A stretch of DNA of 64,000 bases from the NCBI RefSeq assembly GCF_963921235.1, contig NC_086109.1:27530001-27594000 (forward strand), read 5' to 3'. The translations under genes were made by a program, and so were the position numbers. The stretch is from Mobula hypostoma. Taxonomy: Eukaryota. The notes under the pieces are model-generated. The model saw only the letters and a program-made list of their open reading frames with translations. It was not told the origin of the DNA and made no database searches. This document shows, piece after piece, positions 12,954 through 25,775 of this stretch. Each line of letters starts with the position of its first letter. Position 1 is the stretch's first letter.

Positions 12954-14631
12954 CATGGCCGTACTTTAGGCAGGGCTAGGCTGGGCTGCAGCCCAGGGGC
13001 CAGATAGGTACCAAAATAGGTAGCTATCTTCATGGCGGACAAAAAATAATGCGACAGTTGAGCACAGAAAAGAAAAAAGAAATAAGAAAAAGAGGACTGT
13101 GAGAAAGAAGCATTAAAAAAAAACATTGAAATTGACAGAATTTTTTAAACCTGTTCTCGATGATGCAGCAGTACCATCGCTCTTGTCACAGTCTGAGACC
13201 AGTGGACAAATGGAGACTTGTTCAACAGCTAGTGCTAGCACCAGTGTTAGCACAGGACCACCATCCTTGCCACAGTCAGCAGCTAACGTTGAAGAGGCAG
13301 AGAGAATGACTTTGAGATTCCCAACCACAGAGGCCTCCGAACAACCAGTCTGACCACCATTAATGTTAACATTACCGCTACTGAGGATCCTTACAGCACT
13401 GGTCCTGCTCGCCGGGGAAGGGAAACACTAGATGATTCAATCCGAGCATACTGGGCTAAGAAAGGGCCTGCCAGAATAAAGATGTGGATATCAAAGCTTC
13501 GGAATGAGTGTACAAACAGCAGAGACTTTTTTTTCTCCAAATTTCACTTCAAACGCAAGCTCTTAAATGGTGAGTACATATCAAGGCAATGGCTCTTATA
13601 TTCCCCTTCCACCGGCTGTGTGTTTTGTTTTGCATGCCGCATCTTCAGTGATGGTAGCTGTCAGTCCATCTTCGAAATTGGCTTTAGCCACTGAAAACAT
13701 GCCGCTGAGCGCATAGGAGAGCATGAAAATAGCGACCACCACAGGTAAACGAAACTGACCTACGTTACGCTAGCGTCTGAGAGTGGAAGAATAGATACAG
13801 AACTGCAAAAGCTAGTGAAGAATAGGCTCAGATCTACAATGGGACAGGACAGGCTGAATCATCTTACTCTGATGTCACTTGATAGTGATCTTGTTTGGAA
13901 ACTGGATTTTAGTGATCTAATCAAGGGCTTTGCTGTGAAGAAATCCAGAAGAACTAGGCTTTAATTTTGGAAAACAAGCATCTGGCTTTGTAAATATCTA
14001 GGCTTGTGTGTCAGTGCTGTTCCTATTTTTGAGGCAACAGGCTAATAGTTGACTGTTTACAAACCGAGTAAGTAGTAAGTGGTTTTTACTCTGCAAGCCA
14101 CACAGCACAGCAATAGGTTAGTATGTGCTAGATCACATTTTTCAAAAAGATTATTGGAGTATTGTGAAGTTTCCTAGTTTGCCATAGTGCCATCTCTCTT
14201 GGCCTTTTTGTCTCTCATTTCCATTTTACTTTCTCAGAACACACAGTAGAGAAAAATACCAGATAAAAATGCTTTGGCATTGTTTGAGAAGTAAGGCCTA
14301 TGGTATGTGCAGCAACAGCTAAATAAAGATTTAAGACTGGGTACATCATACTTCGTCTCCCTCATAACTTTACTAAGCCAACTAAGCCGAGGTCAATTTT
14401 TGAGTGCTTTAGATGCTGTCCTTCAAACTAAGAATCTGCATTACTTTCTGTCCTCCCTCTTAAGGCCTGTAAGTTTATAGCCTACATATTGTACTAAACC
14501 AATGTCTTGGTCCACAGCTTTGATATTTAGACCAGTACGACCTTTGCTCTTGTTCTTGCCTTTTTTTTTGCTTGGTACAGCAGCATTTTATGGTGTCGGC
14601 AGGGGCCCCGGCCCCACTAAATCCGGCCCTG
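12954..14631 (+). mobile_element. Internally deleted hAT (Tip100/ZMYM1-like) DNA transposon
   Basis: Imperfect TIRs CATGGCCGTACTTTAG / CAGGGCCGGATTTAG; 8-bp TSD attacatg/cttacatg; TTF zinc-finger remnant (RQWLLYSPSTGCVFCFACRIF) joined to a hAT dimerisation C-terminus (KNRLRSTMGQDRLNHL). Confidence 0.9.
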
Positions 14632-15073
14632 CTTACATGGTGAGCAGAAGGGCAGTGAGGAGTGCTGTAGAACAGATGGATCTGAGAATACAGATCCATA
14701 ATTCCTTTAAAGTGGTCTTACAACTAGTTAGGGTAGTAAAGAAAGCTTTTGGCACAATGCCTTTCATAAATCAATGAGTACACCAGATGGAATGTTATGC
14801 TGAAATTATATAAGACATTGGTGAGGCCTAATTTGGAATATTGTGTGTAGTTTTGATCACCTACCTACAGGAAAGATGTAAATAAGATTGAAAGAGTGCA
14901 GAGAATATTTACAAGGATGGTGTCAGGACTTGAGGACCTGTGTTATCAGGAATAGTTGAATAGGTTAGGTCTTTATTCCTAGAATATGGAAGATTGAGAG
15001 GAGATTTGATAGAGGTATACAAAATCATGAAGGGCATAGATAGAATAACTGCAAGCAGGCTTTTTCCACTAAG

Positions 15074-15298
15074 CAGCACACATAAAAGTTGCTGGTGAAC
15101 ACAGCAGGCCAGGCAGCATCTCTAGGAAGAGGTACAGTCGACGTTTCGGGTCGAGACCCTCTGTCCTGACGAAGGGTCTCGGCCCGAAACATCGACTGTA
15201 CCTCTTCCTAGAGATGCTGCCTGGCCTGCTGCGTTCACCAGCAACTTTTATGTGTGTTGCTTGAAATTCCAGCATCTGCAGATTTCCTGGTGTTTGCA
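15074..15298. mobile_element. Penelope-derived inverted-end element inserted in CR1
   Basis: Roughly 85-bp inverted arms; hammerhead core at ~15163-15197; TSD tttttc(c/t)actaag at 15061-15073 and 15299-15311. Confidence 0.85.
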
Positions 15299-15880
15299 TT
15301 TTTCTACTAAGGTTGGGTGAGACTACAACTAGATGTCATGGATTAAAGGTGAAAGCTGAAATGTTTAAGGGGAACATCTTCACTCAGAGGGTGGTGAAAG
15401 TGTGGAATGAGCTGCCAGCTTAAGTGGTGGATGTGGTTTTGATTTCAGCTTTTAAGAGAAATTTGGATAGTTACATGGATGGGAGGGGTATGGAGGGCTA
15501 AGATCTGGGTACAGGTCAATAGGACTAGGCAGATTAATGGGCTAGCACAGATTAGATGGGCCAAAGGGCCTGTTTCTGTGATGTAGTGTTCTATGACTAT
15601 GACTAAATCAAATCTGTATTTGTTCGCAGATTGAAGGCACCCTGTTCTTGCAATACTTAAATTGAAATGTACAACTACTCATTTACACATCTCGTGACTC
15701 AGTTCCATATCCTGGAGCTCAATTCAACCCATTAATGTTTAATGTCATTTTGTGCTTTCTAATCTATTGTAGGACAGAGAAAATTTATCTCACTTGCGTT
15801 TTACAAACCAAGAATAATATATTCCAATTTTATAACCAGAGAACATTTTGACCAAAATCAAAATCAAGCAATAAATAATT

Positions 15881-16025
15881 CCTTCAGTTAGTCCTGACGA
15901 AGGGTCTTGGCCTGAAACGTCGACTGCACCTCTTCCTACAGATGCTGCCTGGCCTGCTGCGTTCACCAGCAACTTTGATGTGTGTTGATTGAATTTCCAG
16001 CATCTGCAGAATTCCTGTTGTTTGC
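15881..16025 (+). mobile_element. Penelope 3' terminal fragment
   Basis: Same terminal sequence as other copies; exact 12-bp TSD caataaataatt at 15869-15880 and 16026-16037. Confidence 0.85.
15890..15925 (+). ncRNA. Minimal type I hammerhead ribozyme motif (PLE-borne)
   Basis: agtc-CTGACGA-agggtcttggcct-GAA-ACGT-C-gact: stem I agtc/gact, palindromic stem III. Confidence 0.75.
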
Positions 16026-18669
16026 CAATAAATAATTTGATTATTTACTACCCCTTTCCCTATTTAAATAATAAATATGTATCAAATCTGGAAAATGTAA
16101 CTTCAGAGCTTCTCTGGAGCCTTTATGGATCAACAATTTCTACTCAAACTTCTGAAGGGAAATCATTCCAATAATAAAAGTTAAAAGCACGTTCCTACAG
16201 CAAACACCTGCTTCCCAGTACTGGTGTGTGCATCCAGTACTGGTGTGTGCATTTAGTCTTGGAATCCATTCCTTATTGTGTTTTTTTTTTAAACATTTAA
16301 ACCCACTTTTTGGCTGAGATTTAATAAAATGTAGGAAAGCATATTTGCAGCATCACATTTGAAAAGGCAAGTACAAGAATTTAATCTTTTAAAGGCATAA
16401 TGCATTTATTTAATAAGGGAATATGATGGTACAGTTCATATTTACTCAAACACCACATTCAGTCATTAACAACAGTGGATAGCTGGGATAAATTATACAT
16501 TAAATTATAAGGCTTCAAAGTGAAGTGGGTTGGATTTTAAGACAAATCAGATTTTGTACCAACATGTCTAGAAATTCAATTGCTCTTTTTCCTCCTGCAG
16601 AATGAGATTGAAAACTTAGTTTTTCGCAGAGGAAATGCAGTTACAATGATGTTCCAGTTGTTTCACATCAATCTGGAAATTGCATATGAACACATGTAAG
16701 AACATATAAAATGGAAGCTGTGTAGACCGTTTGGGTCCTCAAGCATTCAGTGTTCCTCCAGCAGTTTATTATTTTGCTCCTGATACTGGGCAGCATCTCC
16801 CAGTATCGAGCCACACTTGCCCCACAATGCAAGTATCACTGGGAGAATGCAGTATGTCATCATTCATGTACAATATTCTATTAAGAACACTGCAGTGAGC
16901 CTGAACCAAGTCAACCAGCGAGTGGCAATTTTGGGACCATATGTTCTTCCAAGCTTAGTGCCTGCTTGGGTACTCCTGTAGGCAACTGGGTTATTTCATT
17001 CTCATCCATTGGGCCGACACACCTCATCCCACGCTGTATCTAGAACTTCTGCACTCCCATCAATCCACTCGTCCTCTTTGATTCTCCATCACCTGGACCA
17101 GAGCGTCCCAACTTTTTTTTATACCATGGACCAATACTAAGAAGCAAGAGGTCCATAGACCTCAGGTTGGGATCCTCTGACCTAGACCCCTCAGAACAAA
17201 CTGCTGTTGTCACCCCCGCTCTTCCATCTACCATTCTTTCCAACCATCACAGACAGACTCCTTCAGCTATTCACACTAGCTTCCAGTCATCAGATCTGGG
17301 CTCCATTCTGCATTAATGCTAATCATCCATTCATACGAGTCTCCAAAGTCATTTGATCAAACATCTGATAGTGCAGTCTCCAATACCAGACCCCAATGAT
17401 CAAAGAGAGCCATTCTCCAGTGCATATTTTTCTCACAACTATTTGGTGAGACTCTATAATGACACCCATCAAACCATCCAAAAATTGTCAGTGAATGATG
17501 CCACGTACAACCCCAAACATCCAATGCCAGTCTCTGATGTTGCCCACTCAAGCAGGCACAGACCATCTCCAGTGCCACCCACTGAAACATTCAATATCGG
17601 CATCTGGTACCATCTGCCCATCAGTGCCAACTTTTCAAGTCACCCATCATTTATGAGCATCACTTGCTGGGGCCAGCCACCCACCAGTCTCCTATCAGGC
17701 CTCATTAGGTTTGTGGCTAGCAGCATTCTGAAAACCAGCTTTCATCAGTGTCTCTGAACAGGGGACCAAGATACTCTGTGAAACACCTCGTCAGTCGTGC
17801 TTAACAGTCTACCACATCCAAGGTTTCATTAGAGGGCTAAAGACAGTCCTGTTGCTGAGGTGCATTAGAATTTCTAGGCCAAATACTTTAACATTCTGGC
17901 TTCTCTCCACTCTTCCAGTACCTTGCCATAGTTTAGGATATGTTCTATTTTGCTAGATTCGAATATTAAATAACCTAAAATAACTAGCAGTCACTTCAGG
18001 TTTAATTACTATTCATACTTGCTGTTCTGCTGTTAGGTCATGCCACTTTCGTGATTAATTATTCAGGCATCAATTTTTTTTCAAGAGCGAATTAGCAAGG
18101 GATCAACTGTGATTACAGGAGAAACCTTAAACAAGAGCAACACGGAAACAGAAGTGAAATGGAGTGATTTATATGTTGTGCCAGTTTCACCCAATAGTAC
18201 ATTTAACTTGCCTGCTTCTGCTGAATAATTGAAGTCCTTGCCTGAATTGGATGGGAGCCTCAATTATTTGCCATCTGGAGTTCGGAGGTGTGCATGTCCT
18301 GATGAAGGATCTCTGCCCAAAACATCGACTGTTTATTCACCTACATGGATGGTGCCTGGCCTGCTGAGTTCCCCTAGCAATTTGTGTCTGTGTTGCTGAA
18401 GATTTCCAGCATCTCAGAATAGTTTATAAACCCAAAAGGCAAGAAATGCAGGTCTTTAAAGGAAAATTATGTTCATCTTTCTCAGCAGTCTTCCTGACTA
18501 GCAATTACCCCTCAATCAACAACATTGAACTAATTACCTGGACAAATAATTCTGTTAGAGTTCACCACATACCACTTGCCTGTCGAGTTTCTCAGATGAC
18601 CAAACATAATACTTTAAAAGAACTTCAGTGGCCATAAAGTATTTTGGGAGATACAAAGTCAAGTCATTG

Positions 18670-19102
18670 ATTGAACGAAGCTACAGAAAGCTGTAAAATT
18701 TGTCAGCTCCATCATGTGTACTAGCCTTCGTAGTATCCAAGACATGTTCAAGGAGCAGTGCCTCCAAAAGGTGGTGTCCATTATTAAGGACTCCTACCAC
18801 CCAGGACATGCCCTCTTCTCATTGTTACCATCAGGAAGAAGGAGCAGAAGCCTGAAGGCACACACACTCAGTGATTCAGTAATAGCATCTTCCCCTCTGC
18901 CATTCGATTTCTAAATAGGCATTGAACTCATAAGCACTACCTCAATTTTTTTACTACTTCTGTTTTTGCACTATTTTTAATTTAACTGTTTAGTATACAT
19001 ATATATATACTGTAATTCTTATTTTTTCTATATGTATCATGTATTGCATTGTACTGCTGCTGCTAAGTTAACAAATTTCATAAATTACGCCAGTGATATT
19101 AA
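18670..19102 (+). mobile_element. Rex1-type LINE 3' end
   Basis: SIIKDSYHPGHALFSLLPSGRR motif followed by typical 3'UTR. Confidence 0.8.
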
Positions 19103-19704
19103 ACGCATTGGAACACCAAAGAGCCTGTCCCTATACTGTACCATTCTATGTTGAGTCTGTTGTCATAGGCACAAGTACTGTACATGTATGCAATAGTGCA
19201 ATGAAAACCTTACTGCAGGAACTTAACATCATGCAAGCAGCATTCACAAGAAAATATAAGCTAAAGAATTTTGAGAAAAAGAACACAATTGGAATTACAA
19301 AAAAGACTATTTTAGAGCAGAGTTGTCAAAGTGGTCATAGTGTTGCTAAACTCTAGTGACTAGGGTTGTGGTGGTTTGTTCTGAACCAGCTCAATAGCTG
19401 AAGGGAAGTAGCTTGGCAAAGTGGGACAGCAGACTTCTGTACTTCCTGCCTAATGGTGCCTGTGAGAAGATGACTTGGACAGGGAGCTTAGGTGTTGGAT
19501 ATCGCCTGCTTGAGTTAGTGCCTCATCCAGGTACTACCAGTGCTAGGGATGCATGCGCCCATAATATATTCAACAGAATCTTCTTCTCTCTGCAGAATCC
19601 GGGAGGTCCTGAGATTGCACAAGTCCTTTCTTAGTTTAAAATTTTCCAGAACTCTTCATCCTCACATTCTTGAGCGATAGGACCCAACGGATTGCCCCGT
19701 TGAG

Positions 19705-19935
19705 CAACACACACAAAATGCTGGAGGAACTCATCAAGTCAGGTAGCATCTATGGAGGGTAATAAATAGTCAACTTTTCAGGCCGAGACCCTTCATCAGT
19801 CCTGATGAAGGATCTCTGCCCAAAACATCCACTGTTTATTCACCTACATGGATGGTGCCTGACTTGCTGAGTTCTGCCAGCAGTTTGTGTGTGTGTTACT
19901 GAAGATTTCTGGCATCTGCAGTCTCTTGTATTTAT
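19705..19935. mobile_element. Penelope-derived inverted-end element
   Basis: Inverted PLE ends meeting at cttcatcagtcctgatgaag; right arm nearly identical to 18297-18415. Confidence 0.75.
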
Positions 19936-20748
19936 GTTTGCCCCTACCATTGAGTTAAAGGACTGTGAGAACAAGTAGTCTCCAATATTCACCTTGAAAA
20001 ATAGTTGGCCAATTTCCCTTTCCTTTCATTTCAGATGGAAACCACTCAGGATTATTAGCCAGTTAAAATTCTTCCTTATGCATTAAACCTCTGTAATTTG
20101 TTAACTACAATTTCTGAGTTGCTTGTAGTACCTACAGAATTCAACCGGCACACCCTGCCATTCATCACCCTTGCTTCCTTCTCAAATACAAAGGATGTAA
20201 CTCTTTTACTAATGCAATGAGCATTTTGATGCATTGCAGGAAATCTTGGACCTAACGATCCTGAGGGTGTCTATCATTGGGAGTGCCTATAACAATAAGG
20301 CCATCACAATGTAACATCTGCAAGGGAAGTAGTTAACTATATCCTCATACTCAAGAACCTTTCAATCTAATTGCTCTTCCCAGCCCTTGCCTGAGGCCTT
20401 GTAATTTATGTGATTATCATCAAGTGATTATTTAAGGAATATTTTAAGCATGGCAGGGGCATCTACATCCACCAATCTGTTATGTAGCCACTTTTGTTAA
20501 CAAGACTGCCTGAAAATTGCATTAGTACACTAGCCTCGAGGACCACCAGACTTGCTTTCTTCACAGTATTTGACTTCTGACGGTCTAATGCTTACATGAA
20601 AAAATAGTCAAGCAACAGTTAAAAAGGCCCATTGTTTTACAAACACTGGAATGCAGTGTGACATTATTCACGAAAGATTTACAGCACCCAGAAGGTACTC
20701 TCCAACCTGATTTCAGTTCTCAGTGTGACAATGAAAGCTTTTACTTAC

Positions 20749-20812
20749 CCGACAATTGCCAAGTTCTTCAGCTGAGAGAATAATTGCTCCACATTTCTTT
20801 CCTGGGATTCCA
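20749..20812 (-). CDS. CPNE5: Internal coding exon of a copine (CPNE5/8/9 subfamily, most like CPNE5), C2A end / C2A-C2B linker
   Basis: Minus strand reads ttttattgtctcttctcAG|T GGA ATC CCA GGA AAG AAA TGT GGA GCA ATT ATT CTC TCA GCT GAA GAA CTT GGC AAT TGT CGG|GTAAGT. 64 nt, translating GIPGKKCGAIILSAEELGNCR, matching recalled CPNE5 GVPGKKCGTIILSAEELSNCR. Family is secure; paralogue is less certain. Confidence 0.9.
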
Positions 20813-22099
20813 CTGAGAAGAGACAATAAAAAACTTCTGTTTTAATTTTCCAATCACATAATTGCATAACAAAGAATAATCAGAACAAACTGAAAGATAT
20901 TGTGTGGAATGGGATTGATAACTATTTGCAATATTTATAATGAAATACAGTAAAAAAAAAGTTGTTTCTGACATGCTTTCATCGACATTTTTCCTAAAGT
21001 AGGCAAATAAATGGAAGCATAGCACAATATCAATGCTGAAAAAGACAGAATATGCAAAATATTTTACAGAAAGTGCATTTTCACAAACTACAGGTTATTT
21101 GATTTCCCCTCTTCTGCAGACTCAAACTGGTATTGTTGAAGCAACTAGCATTTGTACTGACATTTAGCAGCATCCATCACATGTCTGTCAGGAAAATGGA
21201 AAGGTGATAATGGAAAATAGTTCTGACTTTTCAGGGATGATAATAAAATATTGATATGCCAAATTAGCCCGATCTGACTGCATTGCAGGCATTTTCCAGT
21301 TGCCAAGGGTATCTTTTAGCTGGAGCAGATTGCTACTGCTTGTAACTGTACTGCCTGCTTTCGCACTCCAGTATATGAAACTGAGCCATATGGAGTATGG
21401 ATTTTTTTTTATTATTTTGCACATACCATACTTATAGAACGGAACTTCATATTAGATGATGGGTCCAATATTAGACCATAATTCGCTTGCCATAATAAGC
21501 AGATCTATCAAAACATCTTGTTTCTGCTGAAACAACAAACACAAATACAAATGCATATTTATGATTCTGCTGCAAATACTAAACTGAGGAAATACCTTCA
21601 TTAAAATCTACAGCAGATTCTTCATATCAGTTGATCAGCTGAATTTTGATTGCAATGGGGAAGTTGAAGTTTGCAGTCAGATCTTTCTTGTATAATGCCT
21701 ATGCAATATATGCACTGGATAAAAATACTGCCTACTGTCCACTTCTCCATATTGCAAATCTGAGATCTTAATTTTACTGACACTAATAACGGTGGCAGAA
21801 ATTTCATGTCTTGTATCAGCAAATGTGTGACACTTGCCACAGTAGCAAAATAATGGAAGTCATATCTGAAGCAGCAGTGAACTGTCAAGTTGTACTACAC
21901 TGCCCTATGCCATCCATTATTGTCAAATTTAGTGCAATATTTTCCAGCCTGATACATTGACAAAGGTCATTATAGCATACAATCACTCAGCATGACATCA
22001 AAACAATCCAAGCCATACTCCTAAAGCTTAACAGTTTCAGTCAAATTACATACTTGAAACAATTTCCAGACTAAAAACTGTTACGTACATTCAGGCAAA

Positions 22100-23110
22100 A
22101 GTGGCAGAGCAATTTGAGAATGTGATCAATAAAATATACAGGATTGCAAACTTGATAACTTGGTAAATGTCAAACTGAAAGCCACGATGAGACTTTATAA
22201 AGCGTTGATTCAGCTATAGCACTGTGATCGATCCTGGGCAAGCTTTACGAAAAATATACAAGTTTTAAATGTGGAGCAGAAGATTCTGAGGAAAGGGAAC
22301 AAAACTAGATACAAGATAGAAAGGGAGAGATTTAAAAGAGACCTGAGATGTAACTTCTTTACAGAGAAGATAATGAGCACCTGGAACAAACTGGTTGTTT
22401 TCAATATGAGGCATTTGCTTAGGTACATAGAAGGGAGGTGCTTGAGGTTTATAAGCCAAACATGAGCAACTGGGACAAGCAGGGAAGGTGCTGTGGTCAG
22501 CATGGAACATTTGGGCTAAAGGACCTACTTCTGTGCTGTATTATTCTGAATAACAGAGGGATTACAGAGCTAGACAGAAAACAAATGTCAGATGTATTCT
22601 GAAAACACTCAAAGTATTCAGGGCGCACTTCTTTCACAGTCCTTAGGTGGGAACAGTGTTGAAGATGCTTGATACATTTTTTGAGTTTCCTTTTCAGGAT
22701 TACAAGGAGCCTCCTTGGCAAGTAGGCAAGTCCCAAGACATTGTATACACATTAGGAGCAAAAGGATAGCTTGGGAAGGAGTAGGTCCACTTATAGATAA
22801 AGGACGGAATTTATGAATGGATTTAGAGGAAGTGGGTGAATTCTTTAATGAATACTTGGCATTGGTATTCAACAAGGTGAAGGGCATGGATGATGGTGAG
22901 ATTGGGGAGGAGTATGTTAATATTCTAAGGCATGTTGATATTGAGGAGGAGTAGGGTCTTTTGAAAAGCATTAATGTGGCTATGTCCCCAGGACCTGATG
23001 AGATCTATCCCGGGAAAGCATGGGAGGAGATTGCCGGGACCTTGACAGATATTTTTGTATCTTCTTTAGTTCTCAATGAGGTGCCAGAAGAATAGATAAT
23101 AACCAACGTC
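22100..23110 (+). mobile_element. Decayed CR1 fragments
   Basis: 3' remnant RYKIERERFKRDLRCNFFTEK and upstream ORF2 remnant (atgtccccaggacctgatgagatctatcc). Confidence 0.7.
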
Positions 23111-23984
23111 AGTCTGATTAATTTAACTTGTCTGACTTAACCAGACAAGCATGCCTAAATTTCCTAAACTCAAGAAGGGGATATACTGGCCATAGCTTGG
23201 TCAGCTGTTAATGAGAACATGGCTGAAACAAGATAACGTATCATCATACAGTCACGTGTGCCATCTGTCTTTGAACCCAAAAGCTGTTCTAACACGCTCC
23301 AGTGGCATTAGAACGCAATTACCAGCTCCTCAGCTCTCTGCCATCACTCCACTATATCATAATGTATTTTATTTCGTGCAGGCAGGTAACTACATTTATT
23401 TGCCTTTCATTGCAAGGAACACCAAGAAAAGCATACTTGATTAGACATACTTAAGTCATTAAGTCATATTTTAATTGATTTCACATTTATAGAAACTCAA
23501 CTTTCCGTATTATTGTAAGTGTAGCATAACAGGCTTTCAGCTTGTCCCGTGCTACTTAGCTTTACCCCTTGGACATCTCTTAACAGTTGCAAATCACTAT
23601 CAGAAGTGCCTGAAGTTTAAAATGGAAATTATTGATTCGAAAACCAGAAACCATTTGTCAAGATCCCTGAATGCATTCACATTTTAGATGGATTGAAGTA
23701 CCAATATTCAGACCAAGTACTCTCCCTCTCCTTAGATACTGCCACAGCATGCATCCGACAGAAGAGTGTAGATCTGGCATCTGGTCAGATAATGGAGATG
23801 AGTGGTTTACAGTGGGAAAAGAAAACAAAGATGGTACTGATGCCAGCTCGCTGGGAGGTAGGGTTACTCACAAGCACATAGAACAGAACACAGTATGCAG
23901 AATTGTACAGCACAGGAAGAGGGATTTCACTGATCCCAAGGATGGATATGCACACAAAAGAACAATGTTTAAAACACTGCTGCA

Positions 23985-24800
23985 GAAATTTAGTATTGTC
24001 CTCTAGTTTTGGATTCCTCCAAACCTGGGGAAATGACTATGACCATGCATCCTATTCATATCTCTCATGATTTTATAATCCTATCGGAGATGATCAAAAC
24101 TGTACACTACAAGTGCAGCCTCATCAAAAGCTTATATAACTGCAATATAATGTCCCTTCTCTTAAACTCAGTACCCTGAGTGACGGAGACCAACATGCTA
24201 AACACCTTATTCACCACGCTGTCTTCTCGTGCGGCCACTTTTAGCTCCCAGGTCCTTCTGTTCCACAAAAATCATTAGCGCCCAAGTCCTACTGTCCAAA
24301 AGGATTCGCCTCACAATTATCCAAAGATGAAATCCATTTGCCATTGCTCAGCCTATCTCCCTAACTAATCAAGATCTCATGCAATTTACTTTCAACAATA
24401 CCCCCGATTGAGTATCATGAGCAAACTTGCTAATCATGCCATGTACATTCATACCTATCTACCTAAATAATGAATAACCAAGATCCTAACACTGATCTCT
24501 AGGGCACCCCACTAGTCACACACTACTAGACCTTCAACTATCACCCTCACTCTCTGCTTCCCATCATCAAGCCAATTCTGGATCCATTAGTTTGTCCAGA
24601 ATCCCTTATAACCTAACATTTCATAACAAGCTGCCATTCAGGACATTGTCAAAGGCCATACTAAAGATCATCTAGACAACATCCACTGCCCCTATTTTTT
24701 TTCTATCCATTTTGTTACTTCTCCAGGCAACTTCAAAACTTTTGTCAGACATGACCTCCCACTTACAAAACCATGCTGACTATTTCAGATCAGGCCTTGA
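23985..24800 (-). mobile_element. Decayed CR1 RT/3' fragment
   Basis: Reverse-complement CR1 RT motifs (gtcaaaggcc, aaaccatgctgact, actgatctctagggcaccccact). Confidence 0.7.
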
Positions 24801-24964
24801 ATATAAAAGTAAGTGTGTAATGCTGAACCTTTATAAGGCATCGGACAGACCATATTTGGAGTATTAAGAGCAGTTTTCAGATCCATATCTAAGAAAAGAT
24901 GTGCTGGCATTGGAGAGGGTCCAGAGAAGGTTCATGAGAACCATTCCGGAAATGAATGTCATGA

Positions 24965-25775
24965 GCTCAAGAGTCCTTATTATTGTAATAGGAAGCCATT
25001 TAATAGTCTTACAACAGTTGAGTAGAAACCGTCCTTGAGACAGGTGGTACCTGCTTTCAGGCTTTTGTATCTTCTGCCTGATGGAACAAGGAAGATGAGG
25101 AAATATCCAGGGGAGGTGGGCCATAATTAAATGCTGGCTGCTTTACTGAGGCAGTGTGAAATATAGTCAAAGTCCATGAAGGGGAGGTTTTTTCCCCCAT
25201 GATGTACTAAGCTACTGTATGTCAACAACTTCGCAGTTTCTTGTGCTCACCTACAGAGCAGTTGCCATCCAAGCCATTATGCATCCAGGCAGAATGTTTT
25301 CTATGTTGCCTTGATGAAAATTGGCAAGAGTTTACAGTGACATACCATATTTCTTTAGCCTCCAAGGAAGTAAAGACTTTGGTGAGCTTTCGTGGCTGTG
25401 CTGTCCATAGTTGGACAAAGACAAACTATTGGAACCAGAAGCTCTCAAACTGCTCAACCTCAACTCCTGTTGACAGGAGCATGTGTACTGCTCCCCTCCA
25501 GAAGTCAATGACCAGCTGTTTTGTGCTTTGTCATTGAGGAGAAGATTGTTGTCATGACACCAAGTCACTAAGTTCTCTATCACCTTTCGGTACTCCAACT
25601 TTTGAGATATGGCCCACTGTGGTGGCATCATCTGCAAAGTTGTAGATGGGGTTACAGTAGAATTTAGCCATGCAGTCATGAGCATACAGGGAATAGAGTA
25701 GGAGGTTGACAATGCAACCTTGCTGAGCACCAGTGTTTAGAATAATTGTGACAGAGGAGACCATAGCTTTGCTCG
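24965..25775 (-). mobile_element. Rex1-type LINE RT fragment
   Basis: ILNTGAQQGCIVNLLLYSLYAHDC..NFADDATTVG; WCHDNNLLLN. Confidence 0.85.

Larger units (their letters stand above)
11680..15603 (+). mobile_element. CR1 LINE (5'UTR-like start, internally deleted, RT and 3' end) interrupted by hAT and Penelope insertions
   Basis: DKSPGP, EDWRIANVVPLFK, QGSMLGPLLFVIYVN, ISKFADDT; ends in the ctatgact-type tail at ~15600. Confidence 0.9.

Noticed and set aside
16215..16252. Perfect 19-bp tandem duplication ccagtactggtgtgtgcat
   Set aside because: Real, but most likely an ordinary slippage or repair duplication.
16790..17900. C-rich stretch with a 134-aa ORF
   Set aside because: No motif I can assign; possibly an ancient retroelement remnant, but not supportable without a search.
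21260..21325. Peptide GNWKMPAMQSDR vaguely like the CPNE5 linker exon
   Set aside because: No convincing donor site and the phase is incompatible.
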